In this document: positions 11,248 through 24,560 of the stretch, in pieces
Layout: each line of letters starts with the position of its first letter
Numbering within the stretch: the first letter of the stretch is position 1
From: Schizosaccharomyces osmophilus
Lineage: Eukaryota
Assembly (NCBI RefSeq): GCF_027921745.1
Contig: NC_079238.1
Span: forward strand, 2,666,001-2,730,000
Length of the DNA: 64,000 nt
Reading direction: 5' to 3'
The notes under the pieces: generated by a model
The model's database searches: none
What the model was told of the DNA's origin: nothing
Seen by the model: only the letters and a program-made list of their open reading frames with translations
Translations under genes and position numbers: made by a program

Positions 11248-14200
11248 ATGAGATCCGGAAGACAGAAGCGGTTCAAAAAACTTAACGATAATGTTCCTTT
11301 AACGGATTTACAGCTTGATTGTAATCATGATGATTCTAATTACCGCGCGTCAAATAGACCGTTTGAATTACCTACCGTTCCGACTTTACGACCATCGGAC
11401 ACTGAATTTTCCGATTTCTATTCGTTTTTGCAAAAGAATCAACAAGTATTTTCAGAATGCCCGGCTGCCAAGGTAGTTCCTGCCGCTGGCTGGAATCTAC
11501 CCATTGCTCTAGATCTTGAAACTTTTAAATTCAAAGGTCAGAAACAAAAATTGCATACGGATTCTTTTCGCTACGATCAAAATTATGATTATTTTAATAA
11601 GCTGAAAGAATTTCACGAAGAACGAGGTTTATACTTCAATAAACCTCCAATGCTCCAAAACCAACCATTAGATTTCCTCCAATTAAGAAATACCGTTTCT
11701 CACTTCACCAGTTTGGAATCAACCTTGAGCAATTCTTTGCTGTCAAAAATTACAGAGACCTTGAATCTGCCAGATTCCAAGGATGTCAGACAAATTCTTG
11801 CTCGAACTTACGAACGTTATATCAAACCGTATGAACGAACACAATCACATACTTCTTCTGCCAACCCTAGCTTGGTTTCTCGATCCACAAGAATTTCTCG
11901 TAGTTCCGTTGCTCATACCTCTACTGATGCACCCCCAATGTCCGAACATGATACTTCTCGATCAAATGGATCGCAGACAGTTGGTAAACGCACTTTTCTT
12001 GAGCGCGGCGAACAATGCGAATTTTGTGCTTCGGATTCAAATCCAGAAACTATTTTGCTTTGTGATGGTTGTGAATGTGCCTATCATATATCCTGTCTCG
12101 ACCCTCCATTGAATGCTGTCCCCAAAGAGGATTGGTACTGTGATACATGCAAGCACGGCATTCATTCGTATGATCCAAGAAAAGGGCAGCATTGGACTGT
12201 GGCTACCTTCAGAGACCATTCCAACAAATATATGGAAGCACTATTGAGTAAAAAAGCCATGCCCGTCGATCCCACCGAAAACGATTTGGAAAACTTGTAC
12301 TGGTCGATGATGGATGAATACTCTTTGCTTTCAGAGCAACATCAAGTTGAAAGATTTACTACTTCGTCCATCAGCTCCTTACCATCTAAAGAGTTACAAC
12401 CTTCAAATCAATCTTCCTTTGACGGTTGGAACCTTCGTAATATTCCTCATCATAAATCCTCTCCTTTTAATTTTACAATTTCCGATATGCATTCTTTAGC
12501 CAATCCGCAAATGTCTATAGGCATGGCATACTCTACTTACGAATGGCAACAGTCCCCTATCGGTACTTCCCAAGTGTATCACAATAGATATGGCAGCACC
12601 GTCACATGGTATATTTTGCCTCCAGATCAAACAGAGAAATTTGAAAAGTTTGTTCATGATCTGGATAATAGCTACGAAGATAGTTTTTTTCTTGACCCCT
12701 CTTTCCAGTTACCTTTTCCTATGTCACCAGCACTTCTTTTGTCTAATGGAATTCAAGTCATGGCTGTAGATTTACGGCCCAACGAATTTTTAGTTGTGTC
12801 TCCCAAGAGTTACCATTTTGGATTTCACCTTGGATTTGGATGCTTAGAAACAGCTCATTTTGCCACGATCGAATGGATTAAAGATGATATATTGAAAAGT
12901 AGTTTGGGTCGCATGAAAGATTTACATATCTATTCCCCTATTTCGTATGATGCTATTATAATTTCCATGGCTTTGTCGCGGTTACCCGAATTTACAAATG
13001 ACTGGTTTATTGAGAAGCTTCAAGGCGTCATAAGCTTTGAAGTACAGCAAAGAGAGCTGTTATCAAAATCACAACCAAAGGTTACAATAAGACAGTTGCA
13101 AGACCATCCTATTCCGCAGGTCGTTTGTTCAAAATGTCAATCTATGACATTTACGTCGTACGTTAAAACACACGTTTCGAGTGAGATTTATTGCCTTGAA
13201 CATTATATGAGAGATTCCGAGATCTCTTCTCAACCTTCAACTGTTTACTATCGATGGGGAACATCCGAGTTGTCAAGACTTTTAGATCGGTTTTCTGCGT
13301 TTGTCAGAGCGCCTGTTGAGTGGTCCGAAAAATTAAAAACCATTTTATTAGCAACTCCCAAACCTCATATAAAATCTCTCGAAGCCCTGTTAGCTGATGC
13401 CGAATACGCAATGCTAAATACTAAGGATACTTCAGCCTTGCGGAGTTTCATCCGTAAAGCTAATGCCTGGATTAATTCGATCAATCATTATTTAAGCATC
13501 TCTCCGATAAAGAAAAGGAAAGAAAAAAAGCTATCATTTATGAAGATTCATGATCAACGAGTAAATTCTACTGGTATGCGTGACTTAGAAAATCTGTTTC
13601 AAGTATTACAAAAATCAAAGGATATGGCTTTTACTTGTGAAGAAATTGAAGCTATGAAAAAAAAGGTATCAGATTTACTTCAATTCAGGGTTCGATTAAC
13701 CGAAGTTTTTTCTGGTTCATTAGACAGAAGGATGTGCCAGAACTTATTGAATGAGGCAGAATCTTTAGGATTTATGTTCCCTGAATTAACGATCATTCAG
13801 AAATATTTGACACAATATGATTGGCTTGACATGTTCTACGCTATTGAAACTGAAAAGACATCAGACGCTGATTTAGAAAAACTCATATCCTTTGGTTTAG
13901 CTGCCGGTGTTCCTGAGGACAATGATCATATGATTTTTGTTAGAGCTATGAAAGGGAGAGCGGAAATTTGGGAAAACCAGGTTCGTGATGTACTATCTAA
14001 AAGTAATGTATCTTACGATCGTTTGAGTCTTCTCAAAGATGAAGCTTTGACGCTCTGTGTTGATAAAGTTTTGTACACCAGGGTTGTTGAAATTTTGCAA
14101 AATGCCGAAGAGGTAAAAAGCAAAATTAGCACATTATGCGAACGCTCTCAAGATAAAGCTTTTAAGTTGAGACCTGCAATGGACGAGGTGAAAGACGCTT

Positions 14201-15696
14201 TGGCTCAAGCTGAAAAACTTCCGATGTTATCTGATAGCATTGTAGCTTTACAGAAAATGTATGATTCGGTTCTCGAATGGATTCGTAGAGGTAAAAGACT
14301 TTTCGGAAAAGCTAATGCTCCTTTGGAAATTTTGGGACAGCATTTGGAGTACGTTGAGAAGAGAAACGCCGCTTCTTTGTCTTTACTAGATAGACCGGGC
14401 CCTCCGATGGAGCCTTCTTCTCGCGAAGCGAGTCCTGATTCTGAAGGAAAACTTGTATACAAAGTGAAAAGACCACGTATTTTTTGTTTTTGTCGTTTAC
14501 CTGAAAACGGGGTTATGATAGAATGCGAAATATGTCATGAATGGTATCATGCAAAGTGTTTGAAAATGTCTAAAAAAAAGCTTCGGCAAGATGAGAAATT
14601 TACATGCCCTGTTTGCGATTATAGAGTTGAAATACCTCGCTTATCGAATAGACCACGTCTTGAGGATTTGCAGTCCTTGCTTAGGGATGTTGTACTTTTG
14701 CCTTTTAAACCAAAAGAAACTGATATTTTGGAAAATGTTGTTGACCTAGGAACACGGTTTCGACAAGAACTCCAAGCATTTGCCCATAATCCATTTAGCC
14801 TAACGATGGCTGAAGTATTGTTAGCGAGGTTCTATCTTCGGAAAATGGAAGGAGCAGAAATTTTACTAGCTGATGAAACCAACTTGTTTAGACAAAAGTT
14901 GCACGAGTGTGTTCCTATCGCTCCAACTCCGCCGCCCGTAATTGGGGAATCGAAGTCCACCCGTAAGCCGAGACCTACAAAGCGTCAGCGTCAGATAATG
15001 AAGCAAGTCGCCGAAGGTGTACTTCCGGAATCGGCAATCGCACCTTCTAGCGCTCAAAATGATAAGAAAGCGCCTATGAACAATAACGGAACAGCAATGA
15101 ATAAAACAGACAGTCCCCAGAGTGACACAAAAATAAGCCATGAAAATGGACAGTCAAGTACGGCGTTGTTGAAACAATTTAGGTTAACTCCAACAGCTGA
15201 ATTGAATGGTACATCAAACTTATGTGCTTATTGTCAAAAACCAGCGAACGATGGAAGCTTTACTATGTGTTCAAGGTGCAATAAAGATTATCATTATGGA
15301 TGTATGGGAGAAATGCCAAATAACTCTGGATACAAGACTTTCACATGTCAGGATTGTAAACACAATTCAGAAGAAACTCCGATGTTTCACAGTAAATTGC
15401 GAAATGGGATTCATGCTAAAGATACAGATGTTATGGAAAAGGATGATAACATTGGTAGGTCAAGCTTACCAAATTCGCCATCGGCAACAGTCTCTAAATA
15501 TTCACGTGTAATGAAAACCCCGGGAGGCATGCAGGACATGCTAATATCTCGAAAATTATCCTGCGGTGAACATGTTTTTTTTGGTACAGACGTTTTTACA
15601 TCTTTAGGAGATATGGTTACGGAAACTCCAGATGTTACTCTTGATGAATTTGTTGAAAAAAATGATGGCTTAACGGAAAGTTATTTAAATATGTAA
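11248..15696 (+). CDS. lid2: JmjN/ARID/PHD/JmjC/PLU-1 chromatin protein Lid2 (KDM5 family)
   Basis: First ATG at 11248. PHD fingers (CEFC..LLCDGCECAYHISCLDPPL; FCFCR..MIECEICHEWYHAKC; C-terminal PHD) and a JmjC-like region. Confidence 0.9.
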   Translation: MRSGRQKRFKKLNDNVPLTDLQLDCNHDDSNYRASNRPFELPTVPTLRPSDTEFSDFYSFLQKNQQVFSECPAAKVVPAAGWNLPIALDLETFKFKGQKQKLHTDSFRYDQNYDYFNKLKEFHEERGLYFNKPPMLQNQPLDFLQLRNTVSHFTSLESTLSNSLLSKITETLNLPDSKDVRQILARTYERYIKPYERTQSHTSSANPSLVSRSTRISRSSVAHTSTDAPPMSEHDTSRSNGSQTVGKRTFLERGEQCEFCASDSNPETILLCDGCECAYHISCLDPPLNAVPKEDWYCDTCKHGIHSYDPRKGQHWTVATFRDHSNKYMEALLSKKAMPVDPTENDLENLYWSMMDEYSLLSEQHQVERFTTSSISSLPSKELQPSNQSSFDGWNLRNIPHHKSSPFNFTISDMHSLANPQMSIGMAYSTYEWQQSPIGTSQVYHNRYGSTVTWYILPPDQTEKFEKFVHDLDNSYEDSFFLDPSFQLPFPMSPALLLSNGIQVMAVDLRPNEFLVVSPKSYHFGFHLGFGCLETAHFATIEWIKDDILKSSLGRMKDLHIYSPISYDAIIISMALSRLPEFTNDWFIEKLQGVISFEVQQRELLSKSQPKVTIRQLQDHPIPQVVCSKCQSMTFTSYVKTHVSSEIYCLEHYMRDSEISSQPSTVYYRWGTSELSRLLDRFSAFVRAPVEWSEKLKTILLATPKPHIKSLEALLADAEYAMLNTKDTSALRSFIRKANAWINSINHYLSISPIKKRKEKKLSFMKIHDQRVNSTGMRDLENLFQVLQKSKDMAFTCEEIEAMKKKVSDLLQFRVRLTEVFSGSLDRRMCQNLLNEAESLGFMFPELTIIQKYLTQYDWLDMFYAIETEKTSDADLEKLISFGLAAGVPEDNDHMIFVRAMKGRAEIWENQVRDVLSKSNVSYDRLSLLKDEALTLCVDKVLYTRVVEILQNAEEVKSKISTLCERSQDKAFKLRPAMDEVKDALAQAEKLPMLSDSIVALQKMYDSVLEWIRRGKRLFGKANAPLEILGQHLEYVEKRNAASLSLLDRPGPPMEPSSREASPDSEGKLVYKVKRPRIFCFCRLPENGVMIECEICHEWYHAKCLKMSKKKLRQDEKFTCPVCDYRVEIPRLSNRPRLEDLQSLLRDVVLLPFKPKETDILENVVDLGTRFRQELQAFAHNPFSLTMAEVLLARFYLRKMEGAEILLADETNLFRQKLHECVPIAPTPPPVIGESKSTRKPRPTKRQRQIMKQVAEGVLPESAIAPSSAQNDKKAPMNNNGTAMNKTDSPQSDTKISHENGQSSTALLKQFRLTPTAELNGTSNLCAYCQKPANDGSFTMCSRCNKDYHYGCMGEMPNNSGYKTFTCQDCKHNSEETPMFHSKLRNGIHAKDTDVMEKDDNIGRSSLPNSPSATVSKYSRVMKTPGGMQDMLISRKLSCGEHVFFGTDVFTSLGDMVTETPDVTLDEFVEKNDGLTESYLNM

Positions 15697-15838
15697 AATT
15701 AGCACTCTTTAATTAATGTCGTTTAGTTTGTATAATATATATTCTTTTTTTATTCGAACTCATCTAGTCCCTATACAAAAATCTGATTGTATGTAGTGAA
15801 CTGCAGTCTTAAATACTTCTCAAGAATTGAAGCATCTA

Positions 15839-18162
15839 TTAATTTTGTAAAAACCTGTTCTGTAAGTTTTGTAAAATTAGTGACGCCGGTGAAGCTTGAG
15901 GCTCTTCGCGAATTGAAAATAATGTAACGGCTGTACCTGACCAAGGAGACAGTGCAACCGGAGCATTATTGGAGCATTGTCTTAAAGTGATCCTCCACAA
16001 ATTTAAGAAAATCCAATCTTGAATGTTGGCATTATATTCAACATAGCAGGGTTCGACTTCAAGACTTTGAAGGTTTAGCGGATCCATCAACACAGACTTT
16101 CCATTTTCTGATAATATTAGGTCTCTTAACAGGGGTATCTTAAACTCAGAGAACCATGCATGATACTAATCATTAATATACGGAAAACAACAATACACTT
16201 ACCCAGTTTAAATCTGAATCCGTGAATTCAGGATGGATAGAATGATAGCTTTGTAAAGATTCGTTAAAGTCTTCGTTCGTTGAATGGAGCAACGGTTCAA
16301 AGCGATTCGCGTTTTCTTTCAAAGACTTGATCAATAGATAATTTTCTATTATAAAAGGGTGAGTATAGGCACGAATTTGAGATAATAAAATAAGTAGTCA
16401 TTCTTACCATCTAAATTCCTTGATATTGTAGTAAGCAGCCCTGAAAGTAGCCGTTTGGATAAAATTGCATTGGACTTCTTCGTGAGAAAAACATCAGGTT
16501 CAAAGTAGTGGCTGATGAGAGTTATGAGATGCTCCAAAGTCATCAGAGGTAAATTAGAAGAATTCAACAAGATGTTAGAAACTACAAGGCATGCCAGGTG
16601 TTGGGAATGGTGACCATCATTTATGTGTGTGATTAAAGTCTGTATTTTTGCGTCAGTATCTACTGCAAATCATGCTGAAAAGAATCATACCAATAAAATA
16701 TAATTTGTGACGTTAAGCTCATAAATAGGTAATTTTTGAGAAGTGGGAGGAAGCATGGAAGAAGCGTTGCATTTAGCAAAGGACTCAACTAGTTCTTTTT
16801 TACTTAAGATTTGCTGCAAACAATATCCAGCAACTTGAGCTATAAACCCGATGTTTGCGTCTTCATTAGAGTCATAATTGATAAAGATGTATAAAAGAGA
16901 CGATATAAGCTCAGTGAGGAAAGGAAGCTTTTCAAGTTCATTAGCAAATCGAAAATGATTAGTGAGAAGTAAGAAAAAGAAGATTAATGCCTCCTCCAAG
17001 TTTTGGTTGGAATTTTGAAAAAATGAAATCATACTCAAAGAATTCTTCAGTGGAAGCGATATGGTTTTGAAAAGGGACGTGGCTAATAAATGAAGATCTT
17101 CTGGACGATGGAGTTTTCTCAAGATATCCAACACGGTATTCGTAGAGACAGTTTTTGGTTTTGGAATGGAGATGAGTTGCAGCAAGAGTAAAGCTGAATA
17201 TCGTCTAAGTACATCCGATGATTGACTTAGCATATTGGGTAACCAGGAGGAAGAATTGATGAAAGCAGTGTTGATGAGAGAGCAAACCAATCTGATATTT
17301 GTGTTTCGATTGCTTAAAGCTAAGAGATGCTCTAAAACACTTGCATTCACTCGACCCTGAGACTGATAAAGAGGCTCGGATATAAGGACCATGAGAAAAC
17401 GAAGCAGGGTTAACTGATGACTTTGATGGTCATAAGAAGGAGGATGTTCTAATTTTTGGAAGACAAGACCTGAAGACCATATCTTCTCTCCGTCAGAGCT
17501 CATTATGGAAAGACTCAAGCCAGGCAAGAAACAAATTTGAAGAACTGAGTTTAAGAGTGCAGAAAGAAGACAGACTTCGGTGGGTAAATCGAAACCTGGA
17601 TAAAAACTTGATATATCCAGTTCTAATTGCATTTTCTCAAAAGCATCTTTTGGAGAAGAGAACAGGTACTCACGAATCCACGAGTGGGATTTCTTCGACT
17701 CGTACAAATAAGGAATCAATCTTGTCAAGATTCTAACACTGTTCAAAATGAGTGGCTTCTTTGATTCAATATAGTTTCTTTTCTTTGCATTCTTTTGATA
17801 ATAGATAATGTTCCAGAGACAGATTTGGACCAACAACGCGAGTTGCGAGAATTCTTCACCTTGGCAAAATTGAAGGATCTCTTTTGGGAATATAAGAGAA
17901 AATACATCGTTATCATTGATCAAAGAATTGAAAATCTAGAGACAACTGGTGAGCAAACGAATTCCCTTTTTTCAAGAACTTACAACCTGGTAATCTTCTG
18001 GTTTTGCTGGTTCCTTAAGCAATGCCAACAGGGAGTTTCTGAAAGATAGTCTACATGAAAGTGTTAGATTCTATAGAAGAAATGAACTTATGCTTTCTAA
18101 GATGAACATAGACTAGTATCATGCCGTTTCTCTTTTACATACTTAGATTCCGCTACTCCCAT
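15839..18162 (-). CDS. HID1/dymeclin-family Golgi protein (about 6 exons)
   Basis: ATG at 18162 gives MGVAESK|LSFRNSLL, a myristoylation-type HID1 N-terminus. Donors at ~18142, 17983, 16690, 16407, 16202 with matching acceptors join the ORF fragments. C-terminus has PWSGTAVTLF. Confidence 0.82.
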
Positions 18163-19087
18163 AGTAAATAAACGAAGGCAAGATCACAAGACACCACCTT
18201 GGGAATAAAAACGATTCAAATGATAAAGCAAATGGGTATAATAACAAACAAATTGCTTAGTGTTGTTTCGGTTGGAATTTTCGTGGATGACGAAAATAGA
18301 AACGAACCACGGTATTATGTTTGAAATCTGCTACTGAAATCGCTAAGACATAAGGTTATTCAATTTCATTTTTCAGCATTGTCGAATGCATTTCTACAAA
18401 AGATAATTCCATCTAATGTTCTTGTTGTAAATGAAAATAATTCTTTTGAGTACTGTCTGGTATTCAAAACATATTTTCACACGGAATCTTTCTTGTTGCA
18501 TCTGAATACTCGAAAGATGGTACTTTTAGGACGATTCAGAGACGATATAAGAGATTTTCTTCCTACTGTGTCTTTTGCTTTTATAAATTGTCTTTTTTCA
18601 TCGATTGCTTTACCTCAAACATTCAAAAATTACCATGTTCAAATCGGATAGCAGAAAGGTAATGTATGAGCAGTGAAAAAAAAAAAAGAAGCAAAAAAGA
18701 AACAGCGTCTTTAACTTGTGTTCTATTTCTTTCCTCATACATTATTTTTCCAATTGTTTTTTTATTTTTATTTTTTTTGGTCATTTGTTTGTTTATTTAC
18801 AATTGAACCGAGCACATAATATTAACTAGTAATCACACACAATTTGGGTTTAAGTTATCTGGTCCCGCCAAATTTTCTGCCAACCACATACCGCATATCC
18901 GTGCCAAGAGACTGATTCGTTCGTCTAAAAGTTGGACTTAATTTTTTCTGCGCTGGAAATTTTTCAGAAAAGCATTTGTGTAAGAGTGTCTTTTGTAAAA
19001 CGGATCCTCTGAACGCGTTCACATTCTCCAAACGTACCATAGTTCTGTCGTAGAATAGACGACTGCCAACGTGAAATTACATCCAAT

Positions 19088-20281
19088 ATGTTGACCGTTC
19101 AGAATAAGCTATGTGCTCGATCGGTTGTGGGGTTGATGTCTGTTCAGTCTCCCTCCATTGTAGCACTGAACGGTAGTCAAAAACGGCATTTTCGACTTTT
19201 GCAAAAGGAAAAGCATTTGGATCACCAGAAAACGAGTGCGGCTCCATGCAAGCCTGTGTCTCAGGACCTTGGTAAGGTTTCGCTTTTGACATCTTTCAGG
19301 AATGGAGCGAAATGCATGGTTGACCGTAGTAACACTGCTACAAATGGTATGCTCATGGCCTCTTCCATGCTGTGGCCTCACAATCTTTTACAAAGCTTCG
19401 TTCAATCCATTCACGTTTGGTCAGGTATGCCTTGGTGGGCTTCCATCGCTGCGACGGCTGTTGGAATGCGTATCACCATGCTTCCACTAATGATTAAGAT
19501 GATACGAACTTCTTCCAAACTAGCAGTTATCAACCCTCAAGTCTCTCAACACATGGTTGCTTTGCAAAGGGCCAAAGCAGAAAAGAACAATACTGGCATG
19601 TCGGAAGCAACCACTAAAATCCAAGATCTGTATCGTTCCAACAATGTCAATCCATTGAGCCTTCTTACCGCTCCCGTGGTGCAAGGTGTGGTCTTTATAA
19701 GTTTCTTCTATGCTTTAAAATGTATGGCCGGTGTCCCTGTCGATGGTCTTACAGAAGGTGGATTTCTCTGGGTGCAAAATTTAACAAAGGCCGATCCTTA
19801 TGCCGTTTTCCCAATTTTGAATGGACTTTTGATGCTTTTCAATATTGAAGCTGGTAGCGAAACTGGCACCAATAAAGCAGCAATGGCACCAGGAATGAAA
19901 CGCTTTTTCAGATTGTTGTGTGCCGCTAGTCCTGTCTTTACCATGAGTTTCCCAATGGCCATTTTCATGTATTGGGTTCCCAGTAATATTTTCAGTGTTT
20001 TCCAAGGTCTTTTGTTGAAGAACCAATCTTTGCGAAACAAATTGGATCTTCCTGAGGTTCCCGCAGTAAACCAAACTGCCGCTTCACCTCAAAACGAATC
20101 TTTCCTTCGATCTTTCACCGGTATCATGGACGGAGTTCGTGAGCAAAAGAAGTATCCCGAAGCATCTGATATCCTGAAGCCTTTCCATAAAGTAAACGAT
20201 CAAGAGTCAACTTCTACACTAAATCACTCTAATGAAAAATCGGGTCCCAAATCCTCCTCTGAAACTTCTACCAAGCTTTGA
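19088..20281 (+). CDS. oxa102: Mitochondrial inner-membrane insertase Oxa1 paralog
   Basis: YidC/Oxa1 motifs: GMPWWASI, GGFLWVQNLTKADPY, AIFMYWVPSNIFS. Confidence 0.88.
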   Translation: MLTVQNKLCARSVVGLMSVQSPSIVALNGSQKRHFRLLQKEKHLDHQKTSAAPCKPVSQDLGKVSLLTSFRNGAKCMVDRSNTATNGMLMASSMLWPHNLLQSFVQSIHVWSGMPWWASIAATAVGMRITMLPLMIKMIRTSSKLAVINPQVSQHMVALQRAKAEKNNTGMSEATTKIQDLYRSNNVNPLSLLTAPVVQGVVFISFFYALKCMAGVPVDGLTEGGFLWVQNLTKADPYAVFPILNGLLMLFNIEAGSETGTNKAAMAPGMKRFFRLLCAASPVFTMSFPMAIFMYWVPSNIFSVFQGLLLKNQSLRNKLDLPEVPAVNQTAASPQNESFLRSFTGIMDGVREQKKYPEASDILKPFHKVNDQESTSTLNHSNEKSGPKSSSETSTKL

Positions 20282-21361
20282 TTGAGAAGGTTTATCTGCT
20301 CGTGACTTTGCATCAATATCGCTATACCATTTTTATATGCCTTTAAATATCTTTCAATACCCCCAAACAGGATGGAATTTTATTTCTCATACTGTACCCA
20401 TGAAAAATGATCTTGCCAAAGTAAGAATACTGGTTCTGGAAAGTTTATCTTTGACAGACATGCCGTTTTCTTCGCAAAATACTTTTTATTCCTTTCTTTT
20501 TTTTCATTTGCTATGCTTACTCATTTGAATTATACTTTCTGTAATTTTTTGTCAATTTATGAAGGGCGATCGCCGAATATACAATTTTATTTTGAATGTA
20601 TTATCCACAATAGAAAACGCAAAACTTCATCAACACTTTCCCGTGCGGAAAAATATAGAAAAGAAGGTAAATGAAGGACTGATGAATCCTAAAATCCATA
20701 ATTTCCCAGCTCAATGAAAAGCCCAATTCATAACAGAAAATTCGTTTTCACCATTGAAGCCAAAGTTATAAGCATTCTAACAGAGAAAGCTTTGGCCTAG
20801 CACTGTGTTGCTCTCGAAAAGATTCCAATTTGATCGCCGCATTTACGCGTTTGTTGATCTACAACATAACAGAAAACTTGAGGTTTATGAAATAGAATAC
20901 TCGAATTATCTGCACCAGCCTATACGCTTCAAAAGGAGACCAATGAATCAACCACACCGCGCTGTGATTCAACCGTTCCGTTCAAAATAACGAATCATTT
21001 TCTCCAATTTCTAGATGTCTGCGTTCGTTTCTTGATAGAGACTTGCTCATGATTCCTATAATCCTTTCTACCAAGTGATATACTCCATAGGTTTTTTTGT
21101 TTACCTTATTTGTTTACTTCGTATACAGAAACAAAATTTATTTCTATTAAAGGAATCAAGCAAGAAGGAGCATAACTCACAATAGTTTTTTAAAGCAAAA
21201 GGCATAGAGTTCATACAGTAAAATATACAACGTGGTACACCTCCTAATCCTCTATAAGACATTCACTACACTGCGCTTTTTGTTGGATTGTTGCTATAAG
21301 CCATTATTCTGATTTTCCCTTTTCCAATATCAGTTATTTTGCAGAATAATTTGTGTTTGTC

Positions 21362-23158
21362 ATGATGTCTGGAGATTCAAGCAATTCGGAAGATCCAATT
21401 TTACGAGCAATTCGTCAAAAGAACAAAGCGCCAATTCACGATTTTACAATATTTGTCCAAGAAGATGGCAGCAGTGTAAGCACACAGGACCGAATTGTAA
21501 AACGTATGTGTTAATTGCAACATAAATCTATCTGTCTCTGAGCTTAAATTTACCATTGCTAACAATTGCAGATGTTCAAGCTCCTGCTGCATATTTACCT
21601 ACGGACTCAGAGTTCTTTGACACCAATGAGCCAGGAAAACCTGATTTACATTTTCTTCGTAACCATTTTATTCGTGAAGGAAGATTGTCAGAAGAACAAT
21701 GCTTATATATCATAAAGCATGCAACTGAGATCCTCAGGTCAGAAGAGAACTTAATTGAAGTTGATGCACCTATAACTGGTATGTATAGCTTATTTGAAAT
21801 ACTTTGAGCGATCTCTCATATTGAGTAACCTCAAATTTTGTCTATTTCAACTTTGGAGTGTCAACTAACAATGGGTAGTATGCGGTGATATCCATGGTCA
21901 ATACTATGACCTTATGAAGCTCTTTGAAGTCGGTGGAAATCCAGATAATACGCAATATCTTTTCTTGGGTGATTATGTTGATCGTGGCTATTACTCTATT
22001 GAGTGTCTTTTATACCTTTACTCCTTAAAAATTTGGTACCCCGATACCTTTTGGCTACTTCGGGGTAACCATGAGTGTGCTCATTTAACTGATTATTTCA
22101 CTTTTAAGCTCGAATGTACCCACAAGTATAACGTCAAAGTATACCAGGCATGCTTGGAGTCTTTTAATGCACTCCCTCTCGCCGCTATAATGAATAAACA
22201 ATTTCTTTGTGTTCATGGAGGTCTTTCTCCCGAGCTGCATACCCTTAATGATATTCGCATGATTAATCGTTTTTGTGAGCCTCCCACTCATGGCTTAATG
22301 TGCGATTTGCTATGGTCAGATCCTCTTGAAGAATTCGGCTCAGAGACTTCTAGCAAGCATTATTTACACAACAACGTTCGTGGTTGCTCTTACTTTTACA
22401 GTTACCCTGCAGTGTGTTCGTTTCTTGAAAACAATAATCTGCTATCGGTGATTCGAGCACACGAAGCCCAAGACGTAGGATACCGTATGTACCGAAAAAC
22501 AAAATCTACTGGGTTTCCTTCTCTAATGACAATTTTTTCTGCTCCCAATTATTTGGACGTGTACAATAACAAAGCAGCCGTCCTGAAGTATGAAAATAAT
22601 ATAATGAATATCCGACAATTTAATTGTTCGCCTCATCCTTATTGGCTTCCTAATTTTATGAATGTGTTTACTTGGAGTTTACCCTTTGTTGGGGAAAAAG
22701 TCACCGAGATGCTGATATCAATGTTAAACATTTGTTCAAAAGAAGAGCTATATGATAACCCTTCAGAAGAGGACGAACTCACATTACTTTCGAATCACGA
22801 TGCTGGAAAATCAGACACAGAGCTCGACCTTGAAGCCCGAAGACAAATCATCAGAAGCAAAATTATGGCAATTGGAAGAATTTCTCGAGTCTTTAGTGTT
22901 CTTCGTGAAGAACGTGAAAGTGTTTCTGAACTAAAAAATAAGTCTGAAAACAAACGATTACCTGCTGGTACTTTGATGCTTGGTGCCGAAGGTATTAAGA
23001 ATGCTATTAATTCTTTTGATGATGCTCGTAAATTAGATCTTGAAAATGAACGTCTACCTCCTTCCAATAGTCGCCGTCATTCCATGGAAATAAAATCTTT
23101 GGAAGATGTCATAAATTCATCTGAAAATGAGGATTATATCAGGAATGAAAAATCATGA
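21362..23158 (+). CDS. ppb1: Calcineurin catalytic subunit (3 exons: 21362-21503, 21572-21778, 21879-23158)
   Basis: GDIHG, GDYVDRG, RGNHE and SAPNYL phosphatase motifs; calmodulin-binding and autoinhibitory segments; two GTATGT..CTAAC..AG introns. Confidence 0.96.
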
Positions 23159-23414
23159 AATTTTGTTAGGATCCCCCACAGTTTATTTCATATTAATTAT
23201 GTCTTAGAGGCCAATTAAAAAACGATACTTATTTTTAATGAAAATAAACGATAGAAGTTACTTAATATTAAGCTTCCACAACAATAGTGCAAGGTGGTTT
23301 ATTATAGTAAGCTCAGTGCCAACTAAAGTGTATTGAAATGTTACCAGTTATATAAAATGTGATATTTTCTATTTTCTTCATTGTAATTTTGTAACAACAT
23401 ACAGAAATAAAGGG

Positions 23415-24560
23415 CTAAACAGAGGAAAAGCTGGCAAATACCAAGTCGTACCCAGGGAAATCGTAAACTATGAATTCTTCGCGTTTATACGATTTAAAAT
23501 GCTTTAATTTTTCATATAGCTGCTTTTCATGAGCGGATCCTTTAGCCTGAAAAAGGGTGAGACTGAAATTACCTGCTCCAAAAGTATTGACAGCCTTTTC
23601 AATAGTTTCAATAGTAGAGCGACCAAATTGGGTTTTAGATACGTTTGTTTCAAAAGAAGCATAAGAACAATGATCTTGAGGAGTTACATGAATTGTAGCG
23701 TAGCGGTCCTTATAAATCATATTTGAAGAGAAGCCAATGGGTTCAAACTGAAAACCGTCAAGCACGGCTTTTCCATCCTTAGTGCTACACAATTCTTTAA
23801 CTCCAGATAATTCAGCCACATACGCTCCAAGGATATGACCTGTGGAAAGGACAGGTTGATCATTGTTTTGTGGCTTCATATAATTTTCACCCTTTGATTG
23901 ATGAACAACGTCTAAGGAAGGTGCGTAGAATTGCAAAGAGCGTTCAGGCGACATATTTGTCATGAGTACCTCTAAAGTTTCGTCTTCCGGATCCAGAGAG
24001 CTCTCAAACAAATCGGACTCATCAGCGACGTCAGAAAATAAATACCAATGGTTTTTGTTCGTGGGACCAACAACATAAGAAGAACCCTCAGGAAAGAAAA
24101 GTTGCAAGTAACGAACTTCATCTTCCCAGCTATTATGAGGAGCAAGCTGGCGTTCAGGATATAAAAAGTTTTTCCGCGAATAAAATGTACGAAGAGGACG
24201 AGTAAATCCAATACTTGAAGCAATTTCCAATAAGCGCGGTAAACTAGCCAGTAGTGTTGTAGTTCCGCAAGTCTTTAAAATGATTTTATGAGGAAAAACA
24301 AACATAGAAGATTCAGACAATAAGTATGCATCAACCTCATTGCTAGAAGCCACGCTAAGCACTTTGCATTGTGCACGGCTAAGCATATCATCCCATAAGT
24401 CACGACTTACAGTTTTCAACCCAAATTTTGTATTTCCACTCTCAGAGTCAGAAATGAACGGAGCTGAAAACCAAAGCTCAAGCAATTTTTCAGGTCCTTC
24501 AAAGGAGAAGGAATTGAATTCCTGAGCATTTTCTTGATCTACAACAAGAATTGGCGACAT
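23415..24560 (-). CDS. spe2: S-adenosylmethionine decarboxylase proenzyme
   Basis: [19 protein letters not shown] self-cleavage site, [21 protein letters not shown]. Confidence 0.96.
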   Translation of the reverse strand: MSPILVVDQENAQEFNSFSFEGPEKLLELWFSAPFISDSESGNTKFGLKTVSRDLWDDMLSRAQCKVLSVASSNEVDAYLLSESSMFVFPHKIILKTCGTTTLLASLPRLLEIASSIGFTRPLRTFYSRKNFLYPERQLAPHNSWEDEVRYLQLFFPEGSSYVVGPTNKNHWYLFSDVADESDLFESSLDPEDETLEVLMTNMSPERSLQFYAPSLDVVHQSKGENYMKPQNNDQPVLSTGHILGAYVAELSGVKELCSTKDGKAVLDGFQFEPIGFSSNMIYKDRYATIHVTPQDHCSYASFETNVSKTQFGRSTIETIEKAVNTFGAGNFSLTLFQAKGSAHEKQLYEKLKHFKSYKREEFIVYDFPGYDLVFASFSSV

